From a virus (Duplodnaviria > Caudoviricetes): 31,349 nt of DNA. Below the pieces are notes generated by a model that made no database searches, was not told where the DNA came from, and saw nothing but the letters and a program-made list of their open reading frames with translations. The translations under genes and the position numbers were made by a program. How positions within the stretch are numbered: the stretch's first letter is position 1; the number at the start of each line of letters is the position of its first letter. Positions 14,870 through 24,163 of this stretch are shown in pieces. The stretch lies in IMG/VR virus record IMGVR_UViG_3300012667_000232, positions 1-31,349 of that record; one strand, written 5' to 3'.

Positions 14870-16104
14870 TGGCAATTACAATAGACGACCAACCATACGA
14901 ATACACTCCAGTCGGACAACGATTGATGCTCGTTGCATCTTCAACCAACGTAGCAAATGTAGGCTTTCGCTTCGTGTTCGACTTCGGTTCGTTCCAAGTC
15001 AACGTACAACCTAACGCAGAGAACAAAGGGGTGTTAGATTTAGCACCGATATTTCGTGAATCATTACAACACGATGTAGGCGCTGCAGACGCGACAATGA
15101 ATGACGAATACACAAGCGTTGCTTTTATTTCTTGCACGATAAAAGAAGGGTGGCTCGTTGACGGAGTGTTCACAGTAAGCGGTAGCGGAATGGCTGACAT
15201 TGACGACGTGTACGCCTTCCTTGCCGAATATCAAGTAAGCAACGGCTACAAGCCAGATCCGAATACTCGTTATGCTTTGAACGGCGTCACGAAATACTTA
15301 TTAAGCGAACGCACAACGGACACGCACAAATGGAGCGAAGCGGCAGCGCGTGGATTGTCAAGTAACTGGGTTTACATACCAACGCGATTAGCTGACTTTG
15401 GACAGTTGTATTCTATTTCAAATAACGGATTGTTAGGCGACAACATAGCGACTGACTTATTTGTGTCAACTTACGATAACACCAACACGTTAATTGAAGC
15501 AGTCAATTACGCACTTTCTACAGAGTTAAACAGCGTTTCTCGTTTTGGTGCTTATCCACAAAACTTAATCGGTGGCGGTTTAGATTTTACCAATGTCAAA
15601 TACTACACAATACAAGCAGGCGAATCTATTTCGCCACCTATCTACACAGCTGCTTCACGCGTCTATTGTTTTTATATTGTTCCTGACGATTGTCGCTTTG
15701 ACAATGTTCGCTTGGGTTGGACGAATACTTGCGGTGGGATTGATTACTTTAACTTCACGAAGAAGTCGGAACTATCGTTCAACTACGATCGTAAGCAATA
15801 CCAAAAAGTTATTGGTTCTTACAATACGGCAACGTTTGGTTTCAACACCTACGACAGAGGTGCAACCGACCGTTACGTCACAACAACCAAAGGACTACAA
15901 ATAAACAGCGACTGGGTATCTGTTGGAGAGTTCAATCTACTTCAAACGCTTTGTCGTTCCAACGACGTGTTCATTATCAATGACGACGGAACACAAACAC
16001 CTGTTCTTGTAGATACTCAAAACTTTGTTATCAAAGACGAAAGATATTCGAAACTTTACAACGTTACTTTGAATCTTAAATACTCACAACCTGTAGGTCT
16101 ATGA
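14869..16104 (+). CDS. Tail structural protein (distal tail/Dit-like, Bacteroidota type)
   Basis: C-terminal W.N..GGIDYFNF...INSDWV...L..S..VF pattern, beta-rich. Confidence 0.6.
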   Translation: MAITIDDQPYEYTPVGQRLMLVASSTNVANVGFRFVFDFGSFQVNVQPNAENKGVLDLAPIFRESLQHDVGAADATMNDEYTSVAFISCTIKEGWLVDGVFTVSGSGMADIDDVYAFLAEYQVSNGYKPDPNTRYALNGVTKYLLSERTTDTHKWSEAAARGLSSNWVYIPTRLADFGQLYSISNNGLLGDNIATDLFVSTYDNTNTLIEAVNYALSTELNSVSRFGAYPQNLIGGGLDFTNVKYYTIQAGESISPPIYTAASRVYCFYIVPDDCRFDNVRLGWTNTCGGIDYFNFTKKSELSFNYDRKQYQKVIGSYNTATFGFNTYDRGATDRYVTTTKGLQINSDWVSVGEFNLLQTLCRSNDVFIINDDGTQTPVLVDTQNFVIKDERYSKLYNVTLNLKYSQPVGL

Positions 16105-18743
16105 TAAACGAAGTAATTTTAACGCTTACCGATTTCGACGGCAACGCAGCGACAATCGACTTGTATGAAAACGAGAAGATGCACCTCAACTACAAGTTCA
16201 CAGACTTAACCGACTTCAGTTCGGTAGGTAATTACTCGCGTGAATTTCGTATTCCCGCAAGTAAGACAAACGTAGATTTCTTCGGTGCTATCTTCAACGT
16301 AAACTTCGACGGTTGGTTTGACTTCCGAAAGAAAGTTGAAGCGACGCTGACGGTTAACACTATTCCCATTGCAAGTGGTCACGTTCAAGTCAAGAAGTTA
16401 TACTGGCAAAGTGGTAAGTTGTTCGAATTTGAAGTGGTATTCTTCGGTGAAGTTCCAAACCTTGCAAGATTATTAAATGAAAAGAAACTACGCGATATTG
16501 AATCGATTGTCAACGGCGACCTTGACTACGATCTACTTCACGCTAACGTTGAAACACCACCTAACGACCACACGATTCTAACGCTGTGTGATAAGTGGAA
16601 CTTAACGGCAACAAATGTAGAAGGACAACCTGTTTATTCAAGTGTTATCGGTGGTCAGCCAACTTATAAACCTTTGTACGTTGGTCACTTAACACCTGCG
16701 GTAAGCGCTTACTATTTGTTCGACCAAATTTTGAAAGATGCGGGAGTGCAATGGGCAAGTGCTAACTTGTTTGATATGCTTGACCACATTTACGTTCCTT
16801 TCGTCAATGGTCAGTATTTGAACAGCGCTTTAGGATTGAATGATAATGCAAGTACTTTAGCATTTGCTTCAGATGTAACAGGAGAAAGCGTTACTTACGG
16901 AACTTATAGTTATCCGTTTTACACGCATCTTTCTGAATATCAAGACGCAGGAAATAATTGGGCAAGTGGTATTTTTACCGCTCCTTTTAGCGGTCAATTT
17001 ACTTTTAAGTTATGGTTTAACGCAACAATAATTGATTCAAACGGATATTTATATTCTTTAAGATATGACTTCTTTATAAACGACCAACCACCATTTCAAC
17101 CGACAGGAGTTACAATTCCCGAAAATGCAGGAAGTTTAAGTTACATAACAAATCAAACAGCAGACTTAAGCGCGGGTGACGAATTAAAAATAAAAATGTG
17201 GATTCAGCCATTAACTCCAAACAACGATGAAACAGGAGGAATGGACTTTGATATAATAGGTAACGGAGCAAATGATTATACAGGAACAGGAGTAGAACTT
17301 GTAAGTGTTGGAACATCTTTAACAGGTGACACTTGCGTAATGGAGTTTAATGCTCCAGATATGAAGCAAATAGATTTCATCACGTCTATTCAGAAGATGT
17401 TCAATCTTGCCTTCGTTCCCGATAGAACACTTCCAAACACGCTACGCATTGAACCACTTGTTGAATACATCGGAAGTGGAAATACTTTGGATTGGACGTC
17501 GAAACTTGACTTATCGAAAGACATCGCGTACTATCCTACTGTTGATATGCAAAAGGCGAAGTTCACGTTCACTTATACCGAAGACGGCGACTATTATAAT
17601 TCAGTATACAAAGACAACGGACGAATCTACGGAAGGTACGAAGTAACGGAGAACGACTTCGAAGTGATTAATGAGTTCGCAACAGGAGAAGAAAAGGTAG
17701 AACTTGCTTTTGCGTCTACTCCTTCAGCACCTGTCGAAAATACAGACGTCGTTGTTCCTAAATTCTTGAATGCAGAAGGTCAATTCGTACAACCGAAACC
17801 ACGTATCCTTTACTACTTTGCAGACTTCTTTGTGAATATGTTTGACGAAGTAAGTGGTGATGTAGTGCAAACAGCGGTAAAGTGTTTGAATAACTATTCA
17901 ACGATGAACGCAACGGTAACGGATTCAGATTTAAACTTTGCTCCCGAAATACCACCTCACACAATCGTTGCTAATCCATACAACAATCTTTACAATCGTT
18001 GGTGGAGAAATTACTACCGCGAACTATTCGACGGACAAGCGAGAATTTTAGAAGGAATGTTTGCACTAACATTAAACGATATATTCACCTTTCAATTTAG
18101 CGACAAGATTTGGATTATTGATTCGTGGTGGCGCGTATTAGACATCGAAGGTTACGTTGTTGGTGAACAAGACATGACGAAGGTAAAGCTTATTCGTCTT
18201 CTTGACATTGACAATGATTGCGACATTATACCCGTTTCGGCTAACCTCAACCAAACGTTGAATTGGGAAACTCCGAATGGTGACCCTGCAACCGTAACCG
18301 AAGATTGTTGTCGTCGTTTTGGCTACTATTGGAACTCTGCGAAGAACAATTGCTTTTCTATTCCAAACATAGGAACACGTTCTTTCATCACACAACAAGC
18401 ACCTTCACTCGCACCAACACGCTTCGGTGCGCCTGTGACGTTTAGCGCAGGAGTTTCGCAGCCAGTTAAGACGATAACGACGGACTACGTTATAACGAAC
18501 TTTGACCGCGTCTTATTCGCTGACACAACAGGCGGAAGCATTACTATTTATTTACCTTCCGCAACAACAACAGCGGGACGTGAGTTCATCATTCAAAAGT
18601 CGGTTTCGGCTAACGGAGTAACTATCCAAGCATACACAGGAGAAACGGTTGAGGGAAGCGGAAGCGTGACGTTGAGCGCAATGGGTGACACAATAACAAT
18701 TATATCAAATGGAAGCGACTTCAAAGGAACATCTACAAAATAA
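16101..18743 (+). CDS. Tail tip/baseplate hub protein
   Basis: 880 aa. N-terminal YSREFRIPASKTN...F pattern, FITSIQKMFNL...DWTSKLD core, and a C-terminal fiber-like domain DTTGGSITIYLPSA. Confidence 0.7.
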   Translation: MINEVILTLTDFDGNAATIDLYENEKMHLNYKFTDLTDFSSVGNYSREFRIPASKTNVDFFGAIFNVNFDGWFDFRKKVEATLTVNTIPIASGHVQVKKLYWQSGKLFEFEVVFFGEVPNLARLLNEKKLRDIESIVNGDLDYDLLHANVETPPNDHTILTLCDKWNLTATNVEGQPVYSSVIGGQPTYKPLYVGHLTPAVSAYYLFDQILKDAGVQWASANLFDMLDHIYVPFVNGQYLNSALGLNDNASTLAFASDVTGESVTYGTYSYPFYTHLSEYQDAGNNWASGIFTAPFSGQFTFKLWFNATIIDSNGYLYSLRYDFFINDQPPFQPTGVTIPENAGSLSYITNQTADLSAGDELKIKMWIQPLTPNNDETGGMDFDIIGNGANDYTGTGVELVSVGTSLTGDTCVMEFNAPDMKQIDFITSIQKMFNLAFVPDRTLPNTLRIEPLVEYIGSGNTLDWTSKLDLSKDIAYYPTVDMQKAKFTFTYTEDGDYYNSVYKDNGRIYGRYEVTENDFEVINEFATGEEKVELAFASTPSAPVENTDVVVPKFLNAEGQFVQPKPRILYYFADFFVNMFDEVSGDVVQTAVKCLNNYSTMNATVTDSDLNFAPEIPPHTIVANPYNNLYNRWWRNYYRELFDGQARILEGMFALTLNDIFTFQFSDKIWIIDSWWRVLDIEGYVVGEQDMTKVKLIRLLDIDNDCDIIPVSANLNQTLNWETPNGDPATVTEDCCRRFGYYWNSAKNNCFSIPNIGTRSFITQQAPSLAPTRFGAPVTFSAGVSQPVKTITTDYVITNFDRVLFADTTGGSITIYLPSATTTAGREFIIQKSVSANGVTIQAYTGETVEGSGSVTLSAMGDTITIISNGSDFKGTSTK

Positions 18744-18927
18744 AGCAGGCGCAATGGTCGCTTGTTTAGAGTTCATTAAACTCAATGTCAAGAGCGAAAG
18801 CGAGTTCGGAAAATTGGCTAACGGAAAGCGTAAGTTAAAAATGTGGAAGCACTACGCGTGGAAAGTAACGCGTATTTCCGTAAACGTCGCCTTTTGGATA
18901 TTTATACTTTATAAACTACTCTCATAA
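18709..18927 (+). CDS. Small protein with a C-terminal hydrophobic segment
   Basis: Coupled (TAATG) to the tape measure gene and ends VNVAFWIFILYKLLS. Confidence 0.5.
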   Translation: MEATSKEHLQNKAGAMVACLEFIKLNVKSESEFGKLANGKRKLKMWKHYAWKVTRISVNVAFWIFILYKLLS

Positions 18928-20729
18928 TGGCGAATACAATTGACTTTAATGTAAATACAAACGCGGTCACCGTCCTCAATCAAACGGCAACAGCGGCAGA
19001 CAATACAGCGCAAGGGTTTAGTTCAGCGAAGGCGGAGTTACGCGCGTTGAATCAGCAGTTGTTGCAAATGGATTCTTCGAGTGAAGAGTTCAAGAAAGCG
19101 TCCGCTCGTGCTGCTGAGTTGAAGGACAACATTTCCGACTTGTCCGCTGAGATTAGTGCCAACGCGGGTAATGCTTTCGAAGGTCTTTCGAATAACGTTG
19201 GTTTATTCGGTTCGCGTCTTATGGACTTGGACTTAAAGGGAGCAGGACAAGCGTTGAGTGGAATGGCTACGGCTGTGGGTAAGATTGATTTTAAGACGCT
19301 AAAAGATGAGATAGGTGGATTGATTCAAGGACTTGGAAAACTCGCTAAGGCGGTACTTGCAAATCCTTATTTGATGTTAGCGGCAGCGGTTGCTTTAATC
19401 GTTGCGAACTTCGATACGATCATTAAGCAGTTTCCTGCAATCGAAAAAGGACTTACAGGAATCAATGAACAGGAGCGCGAGTTATTAGACCTTCAAACAA
19501 AGAGAGCGGAACAAGCCAAAAAGAATTACGATAATATCTCTGCAATGGAAAACACCTTGAAGTTGCAAGGTAAGACAGAGAAAGAAATTCGTGATATGAA
19601 AATTGCTGCAATACAAGCAGCTATTCAAGAAGCCAAAGTTCGTTTAGAAACACAAAGAGGACAAGAGAAAGCGCAGATTGAAACAGCTCAAAGAAATAGA
19701 GAAATTCTTGAAGGTGTTATTCGTTGGATTAACGCGCCATTATATTTATTACTTGCAACGGTTGACAAGATAGCGTCTTGGGTTGGTCAGACAACAAATT
19801 TAGCGGAAGGACTTACCAATTTAGCCGCTGACTTATTGATTGATCCAGAGCAACAACAAGCAGACTTACAAAAGTCTTTTGAAGAACAAGAGAACACCAT
19901 TCGCGATATGGAAAACTCTTTTGCTGGGTTTCGTTTAGACCAACAAAAAGCAGATAAAGAAGCGAGAGATAAAGCAAAAAAAGATAGAGAAGACGCACAA
20001 AAAGAAGCAGATGAAGCAGAGTTAGAACGTCGCAAGAAGTTGAACGAGGAAATGAATGCGGAAGATGAGCGAATGGCAGCTATCGACTACGACGATTTAA
20101 AGGCAAGAGAAAAGAAAAAAGCAGATGCAAAACTTGAAGCAGAAATGCAGTCACACGCAAATCTGACAACATTAAAAGCTGAACATACAAAAGAAGAACT
20201 TGCGGAACTTCAAAAGGCAGAGGAACAAAAAGCACAACTTCGCGTCGATGCAATGAAGACTTCATTGTCTATTATTAGCGACTTGGCTCAAGCATTTGCA
20301 GGAGATAGCGAAAGACAACAAAAGAAAGCGTTCCAAATTCAAAAAGGAGTAAGCATTGCAACGGCTACAATAGATACATATTTAGCAGCGCAAGGAGCGT
20401 ATCGTTCTCAAATGGCTATTAGTACACCAGACGCACCTGTTCGCGCAGCAGTAGCGGCAGGAATCGCAATTGCTCAAGGTCTTGCGCGTGTGGCTATCAT
20501 AAGCAAACAACAATTTAACGGAACAGGTGGAACAAGCGGGAACAACGGAACAGGCGGTGTACCACAAGCGGGAGGAACAAACGCTCCTTCACCTGCCAAC
20601 TTCGCGTTCTTACAGAACCAACCCAACCAACAACAACCACCGCTTCAAGCGTACGTCGTGAGCGGTCAAGTGTCAAGCAATTTAGAGGCTCAACAATTAA
20701 TACAAAATCAATCAAGATTAGGAGGATAA
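18927..20729 (+). CDS. Tape measure protein
   Basis: 600 aa, Ala/Gln/Glu-rich helical protein with ANPYLMLAAAVALI, KGVSIATATIDTY and a QAYVVSGQV C-terminus. Confidence 0.82.
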   Translation: MANTIDFNVNTNAVTVLNQTATAADNTAQGFSSAKAELRALNQQLLQMDSSSEEFKKASARAAELKDNISDLSAEISANAGNAFEGLSNNVGLFGSRLMDLDLKGAGQALSGMATAVGKIDFKTLKDEIGGLIQGLGKLAKAVLANPYLMLAAAVALIVANFDTIIKQFPAIEKGLTGINEQERELLDLQTKRAEQAKKNYDNISAMENTLKLQGKTEKEIRDMKIAAIQAAIQEAKVRLETQRGQEKAQIETAQRNREILEGVIRWINAPLYLLLATVDKIASWVGQTTNLAEGLTNLAADLLIDPEQQQADLQKSFEEQENTIRDMENSFAGFRLDQQKADKEARDKAKKDREDAQKEADEAELERRKKLNEEMNAEDERMAAIDYDDLKAREKKKADAKLEAEMQSHANLTTLKAEHTKEELAELQKAEEQKAQLRVDAMKTSLSIISDLAQAFAGDSERQQKKAFQIQKGVSIATATIDTYLAAQGAYRSQMAISTPDAPVRAAVAAGIAIAQGLARVAIISKQQFNGTGGTSGNNGTGGVPQAGGTNAPSPANFAFLQNQPNQQQPPLQAYVVSGQVSSNLEAQQLIQNQSRLGG

Positions 20730-20733
20730 AACA

Positions 20734-21321
20734 ATGAAAAAAATTAAAGTTATCGAATACGGAATAGACGAAGGTGGTCTATTAGGAGTGTACGCTATCA
20801 GCGTAGTGGAACAACCTGCAATAGGTGTTGACTTCGTTGCACTAAGCGAACAACACAACGTGAAGTTCAAAGAAGATTTCAGAGGTCTTTTGTACGGAGC
20901 TTTGCTTATTCCCGATCAACTTATTTACCGACGCAACGACGAGACGGACGAGGAATACTATGTGAAGTATTCGAAGGATACCATTCGTGCAATTGCTTAC
21001 AATTATCTCAAACAAGCAAACCAAAACAACGCAACGGTTGAACACGCGAAAGTGGTTGACGGAGTGTCTTTGGTTGAGACGTGGATAATCGAAGGAGAGA
21101 ACGACAAGAGTAAAAACTTCGGGTTTGACCTTCCAGAAGGTACTTGGTTCGGTTGCATGAAAGTAGACAACGAAGAGGTGAAGAAGCAGATTCAAAACAA
21201 AGAGGTTCTTGGCTTTTCAATCGAAGGAAACTTCATCGCAGAAAAAGAAATGTATTTGAATAAGCACGAAGAATTTGCAGCACTTCTTGATGAAATAAAC
21301 GAACTTCTAAAAGGTGAATAG
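20734..21321 (+). CDS. Prohead maturation protease (XkdF-like serine peptidase)
   Basis: AISVVEQPAI...GALLIPDQLIYR...EH...GTWF...GFSIEG. Confidence 0.85.
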   Translation: MKKIKVIEYGIDEGGLLGVYAISVVEQPAIGVDFVALSEQHNVKFKEDFRGLLYGALLIPDQLIYRRNDETDEEYYVKYSKDTIRAIAYNYLKQANQNNATVEHAKVVDGVSLVETWIIEGENDKSKNFGFDLPEGTWFGCMKVDNEEVKKQIQNKEVLGFSIEGNFIAEKEMYLNKHEEFAALLDEINELLKGE

Positions 21322-21498
21322 ATGAACATCGAGGCAGGTGGTTTCTTTAAGTTGGAGTTGTTCAACGATGACGCTAACCTGTTTCTTAATGCTCTCACGA
21401 AGATTACAAATGAGGGCGGTAAAATGGGTTTTAAGACGTACGGATTGAGTGAAGATGAATTGAAAGTATTGAATACTATTCTCGACAATTTAGGATAA
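21322..21498 (+). CDS. Small hypothetical protein (58 aa, MNIEAGGFFKLELF...LDNLG), absent from the ORF track
   Basis: Translated by hand. The ATG immediately follows the protease stop codon. Confidence 0.6.
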   Translation: MNIEAGGFFKLELFNDDANLFLNALTKITNEGGKMGFKTYGLSEDELKVLNTILDNLG

Positions 21499-21527
21499 AA
21501 AAAACGGAGGGTAATCACTCCCTCCGT
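21497..21527 (-). terminator. Intrinsic terminator on the minus strand
   Basis: Perfect 8-bp stem ACGGAGGG/CCCTCCGT with an 8-nt loop. The U-tract lies only on the minus strand (A-run at 21497-21504). Confidence 0.8.
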
Positions 21528-21570
21528 CAAACCTAAAAATCAAATTTCACTATGAAAAAGCGAATTGTGA
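21497..21570 (-). ncRNA. Candidate antisense small RNA (about 70 nt)
   Basis: Bounded by a minus-strand consensus promoter and a terminator inside the plus-strand late operon, with no ORF. Confidence 0.65.
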
Positions 21571-21572
21571 AA

Positions 21573-21605
21573 CAAATATACCTCTTTTTATATCTACTCA
21601 TCAAA
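21573..21605 (-). promoter_or_regulatory. Bacteroidota promoter for the antisense sRNA
   Basis: The minus strand reads TTTG (21605-21602), 21 nt, TATATTTG (21580-21573). Confidence 0.7.
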
Positions 21606-21623
21606 CAAACAATTAACAGAATT

Positions 21624-22193
21624 ATGAATTTACGAGAAAAAGTAAACGCTCTATTCGCAAAGCACAACGTTTCTCTCTCTGCTGAAGAAGTAGTTGAGGT
21701 GAAGCAAATGGTTGAGGCGATCCTAGAGGACGGGACAAGCATCTATTCAGACAGCGACGTTTGGGCAGCAGGTGTTCGTGTATTCGGCAAAGACGCAGAA
21801 GGAAACGAGGTTGCGTTAATGGACGGAGAATACAAGACAGCTGAAAGCATCATTGTAGTTGTTGAGGGTGGTCTTGTGACTGAATTAAAACCAATGGAAG
21901 AAGAGTCTCCAGAGGTTGAAGTAGTAATCGAAGAAGAACAAACTTCTGAGGTTGTTGCTGAAGAATCACTAAGCAAAGAGGTTGAAGGACTTCTTTCGCT
22001 TGTTGCTAAGTTGGAAAGCGAACTTGCTGACATTAAGAAGGCAAACGCAGAACTTTCAAGCGAAGTAACAAAATTAAGCGCTCAACCTGCAGCGTCTTCA
22101 ATCAAAGAAGTAAAACAGGCAAAACAAACACCTTCAAAGCCATACGCTAAAATGTCGGCTGAAGAGCGTTTCTTATTCAATCTTAAAAAATAA
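21624..22193 (+). CDS. Capsid scaffolding protein (likely start MNLREK at 21624, upstream in-frame ATG at 21552)
   Basis: Acidic protein with DGEY..., a coiled coil and a basic C-terminus, located between the protease and MCP. Confidence 0.7.
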   Translation: MNLREKVNALFAKHNVSLSAEEVVEVKQMVEAILEDGTSIYSDSDVWAAGVRVFGKDAEGNEVALMDGEYKTAESIIVVVEGGLVTELKPMEEESPEVEVVIEEEQTSEVVAEESLSKEVEGLLSLVAKLESELADIKKANAELSSEVTKLSAQPAASSIKEVKQAKQTPSKPYAKMSAEERFLFNLKK

Positions 22194-22212
22194 AAAAAAA
22201 CACAAATAAAAA

Positions 22213-23115
22213 ATGGCTACTACCACTTCATTAACCACTACCTACGCAGGTAGAGAAGCAGCAGGATATATTCGCGCTGCGTTTTTAAGTAACGAGTCTT
22301 TGAACGCAGTTACTTTCAAAGAGAACATCGAGTACAAACAAGTTGTTCGCAAATTAGTTGACAATATCACTTTCGCAAACGCGACTTGTGACTTCACTCC
22401 AACAGGAACAGTTACTCTTACTGAGCGTATTTTGACTTTGGAAAAATTCCAAGTTCACCGTCAACTTTGTAAGAAAGACTTTTTAGCAGATTGGGAAGCA
22501 AAGTCTGAGCAAGACGGATTCCTTCACGCTTCATTGACTGACGCTTTAATTGCTAACGTTATGGCAGGTGTTGCAGCAAACAACGAGGTTGTTATGTGGC
22601 AAGGTGTTAACGCAACCGCAGGTGAATATGCAGGTTTTGAAACATTGTTCTTGGCTGACGCTGCTGTTCTTGACGTTGCTACTCCAGAGGCTATCACTTC
22701 TGCGAATGTTATCGAAGAAATGGCTCGTTTAGTTTTAACACTTCCAACACGCATTCGTCGTGCAACTGAGAAGCCTGTTATCGCGGTTTCTTCTAACGTT
22801 GCTGAAGCGTTTAGAACTGCTATCTTAGGTCTTGGCGGTGGTTCTTACTTGTATCAAGGAGAAACTGTTAAGATGACTTGGCAGGGACAATACGATATCA
22901 TCGAGTGTCCTGGTATGTCTGACGACACAATGGCTATGTTCCAAAAGTCAAACCTTTGGTTTGGAACTAACTTGAAAGACCAATGGAACAACGTAGCAGT
23001 TTTGGATATGTACCAATACGACCTTTCTGACAACGTACGTTTCGCAGCTTCTTTCTTCGCGGGTGTTCAGTACGGATTCGGTGACGAAATCGCGTTCTAC
23101 CAATACACTGCATAA
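22213..23115 (+). CDS. Major capsid protein
   Basis: 300 aa, MATTTSLTTTYAG...LCKKDF...NLWFGT...VRF...GVQYG pattern. It follows the scaffold and precedes a terminator. Confidence 0.85.
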   Translation: MATTTSLTTTYAGREAAGYIRAAFLSNESLNAVTFKENIEYKQVVRKLVDNITFANATCDFTPTGTVTLTERILTLEKFQVHRQLCKKDFLADWEAKSEQDGFLHASLTDALIANVMAGVAANNEVVMWQGVNATAGEYAGFETLFLADAAVLDVATPEAITSANVIEEMARLVLTLPTRIRRATEKPVIAVSSNVAEAFRTAILGLGGGSYLYQGETVKMTWQGQYDIIECPGMSDDTMAMFQKSNLWFGTNLKDQWNNVAVLDMYQYDLSDNVRFAASFFAGVQYGFGDEIAFYQYTA

Positions 23116-23135
23116 TCTCAACCATTCTAACCCTT

Positions 23136-23176
23136 GCACAAGAGGTAGCGGCTTAAACACCGCTCCTCTTTTGTGC
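23136..23176 (+). terminator. Hairpin terminator after the MCP gene
   Basis: GCACAAGAGGtAGCGG-cttaaaca-CCGCTCCTCTTTTGTGC. Confidence 0.7.
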
Positions 23177-23195
23177 TAATTAAAAACATACAAAT

Positions 23196-23708
23196 ATGGC
23201 TTGTGAATTAAGTACAGGTTTTACACTCGATTGCAAAGATGGCATCGGTGGTATCAAACAAATCGTTTTGTTGGATCAATCATTGGTTACAGGTATTACA
23301 TTGGACTCATCTCAAGTGATTACAGCAATTGCTGGTCCAACAGATGCAGACTTGTATACTTATGAACTTCCAACACAAACAGGTTCATTCGAAGAAACAA
23401 TCAATTTCAACCGCGACAACGGAACAGTATTTTATACTCAGACCGTAAACGTAATGTTGCACAAATTGAGCGCAGCAAAACGCAAGGAATTGCAAACGGT
23501 TGCACAGGCTCGCGTTATTGTATTCGTTCAAGACACTAACTCAAATTGGTGGGCTGTTGGATATGAGTACGGAGCAGACCTTTCTACTGCAACAGCAGGA
23601 ACAGGAACGGTTTTAGGTGATGCTAACGGATACACCTTAGCGTTCACTCACGAAGCTGCGGTTCGCGCTTATAAGTTGAACGGAGCACCTGCTTCTGTTA
23701 TTGGCTAA
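23196..23708 (+). CDS. Major tail (tube) protein
   Basis: MAC..STG..LDCKD.IGGIK...NRDNGTVFYTQ...GYTLAF pattern. Confidence 0.78.
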   Translation: MACELSTGFTLDCKDGIGGIKQIVLLDQSLVTGITLDSSQVITAIAGPTDADLYTYELPTQTGSFEETINFNRDNGTVFYTQTVNVMLHKLSAAKRKELQTVAQARVIVFVQDTNSNWWAVGYEYGADLSTATAGTGTVLGDANGYTLAFTHEAAVRAYKLNGAPASVIG

Positions 23709-23717
23709 TAAAAACTT

Positions 23718-23759
23718 TTACACACATAGGGACAAAGCGTCCCTACGTGTTGTAATTTT
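23718..23759 (+). terminator. Hairpin after the tail tube gene
   Basis: TTACAcacaTAGGGAC-aaagc-GTCCCTAcgtgtTGTAA followed by TTTT. Confidence 0.6.
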
Positions 23760-23778
23760 AACGTAAAGGAAAGATAGA

Positions 23779-24162
23779 ATGGTTTATCTCAACACAAACA
23801 CAGCGAATCAATACGCGTGGCTTTCACTCGATGAAGGTCGCCAGTATTTCAACGTTGCCTTTACACACTACCTACTCGTTTTGACTTACGAAATGACAGG
23901 TGAACAACTCGCGCAAGTAGTGACCGTGATAAACGAGAACGAACGCGTAACTAAAATAAGACTTACCACAGTTGGATTGACCGATGCAGGACGTTATCAT
24001 TACGAAGTGTATGGACAAAACAGCAGTAGCAATATAAACCCTACCAATGCTTCCGTCGTTGGATTGGTTGAAAAGGGGTTAATGATTTTACAAGACGGAA
24101 CTATTTACTTTGACGTTTCAACACCGACAATCCCTGTCGATGTAATTTATACAGGCGCATAA
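23779..24162 (+). CDS. Virion structural protein (possible head closure protein)
   Basis: Beta-rich 127 aa protein with G.YHYEVYGQ...VEKG, directly before the portal. Confidence 0.5.
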   Translation: MVYLNTNTANQYAWLSLDEGRQYFNVAFTHYLLVLTYEMTGEQLAQVVTVINENERVTKIRLTTVGLTDAGRYHYEVYGQNSSSNINPTNASVVGLVEKGLMILQDGTIYFDVSTPTIPVDVIYTGA

Positions 24163-24163
24163 A

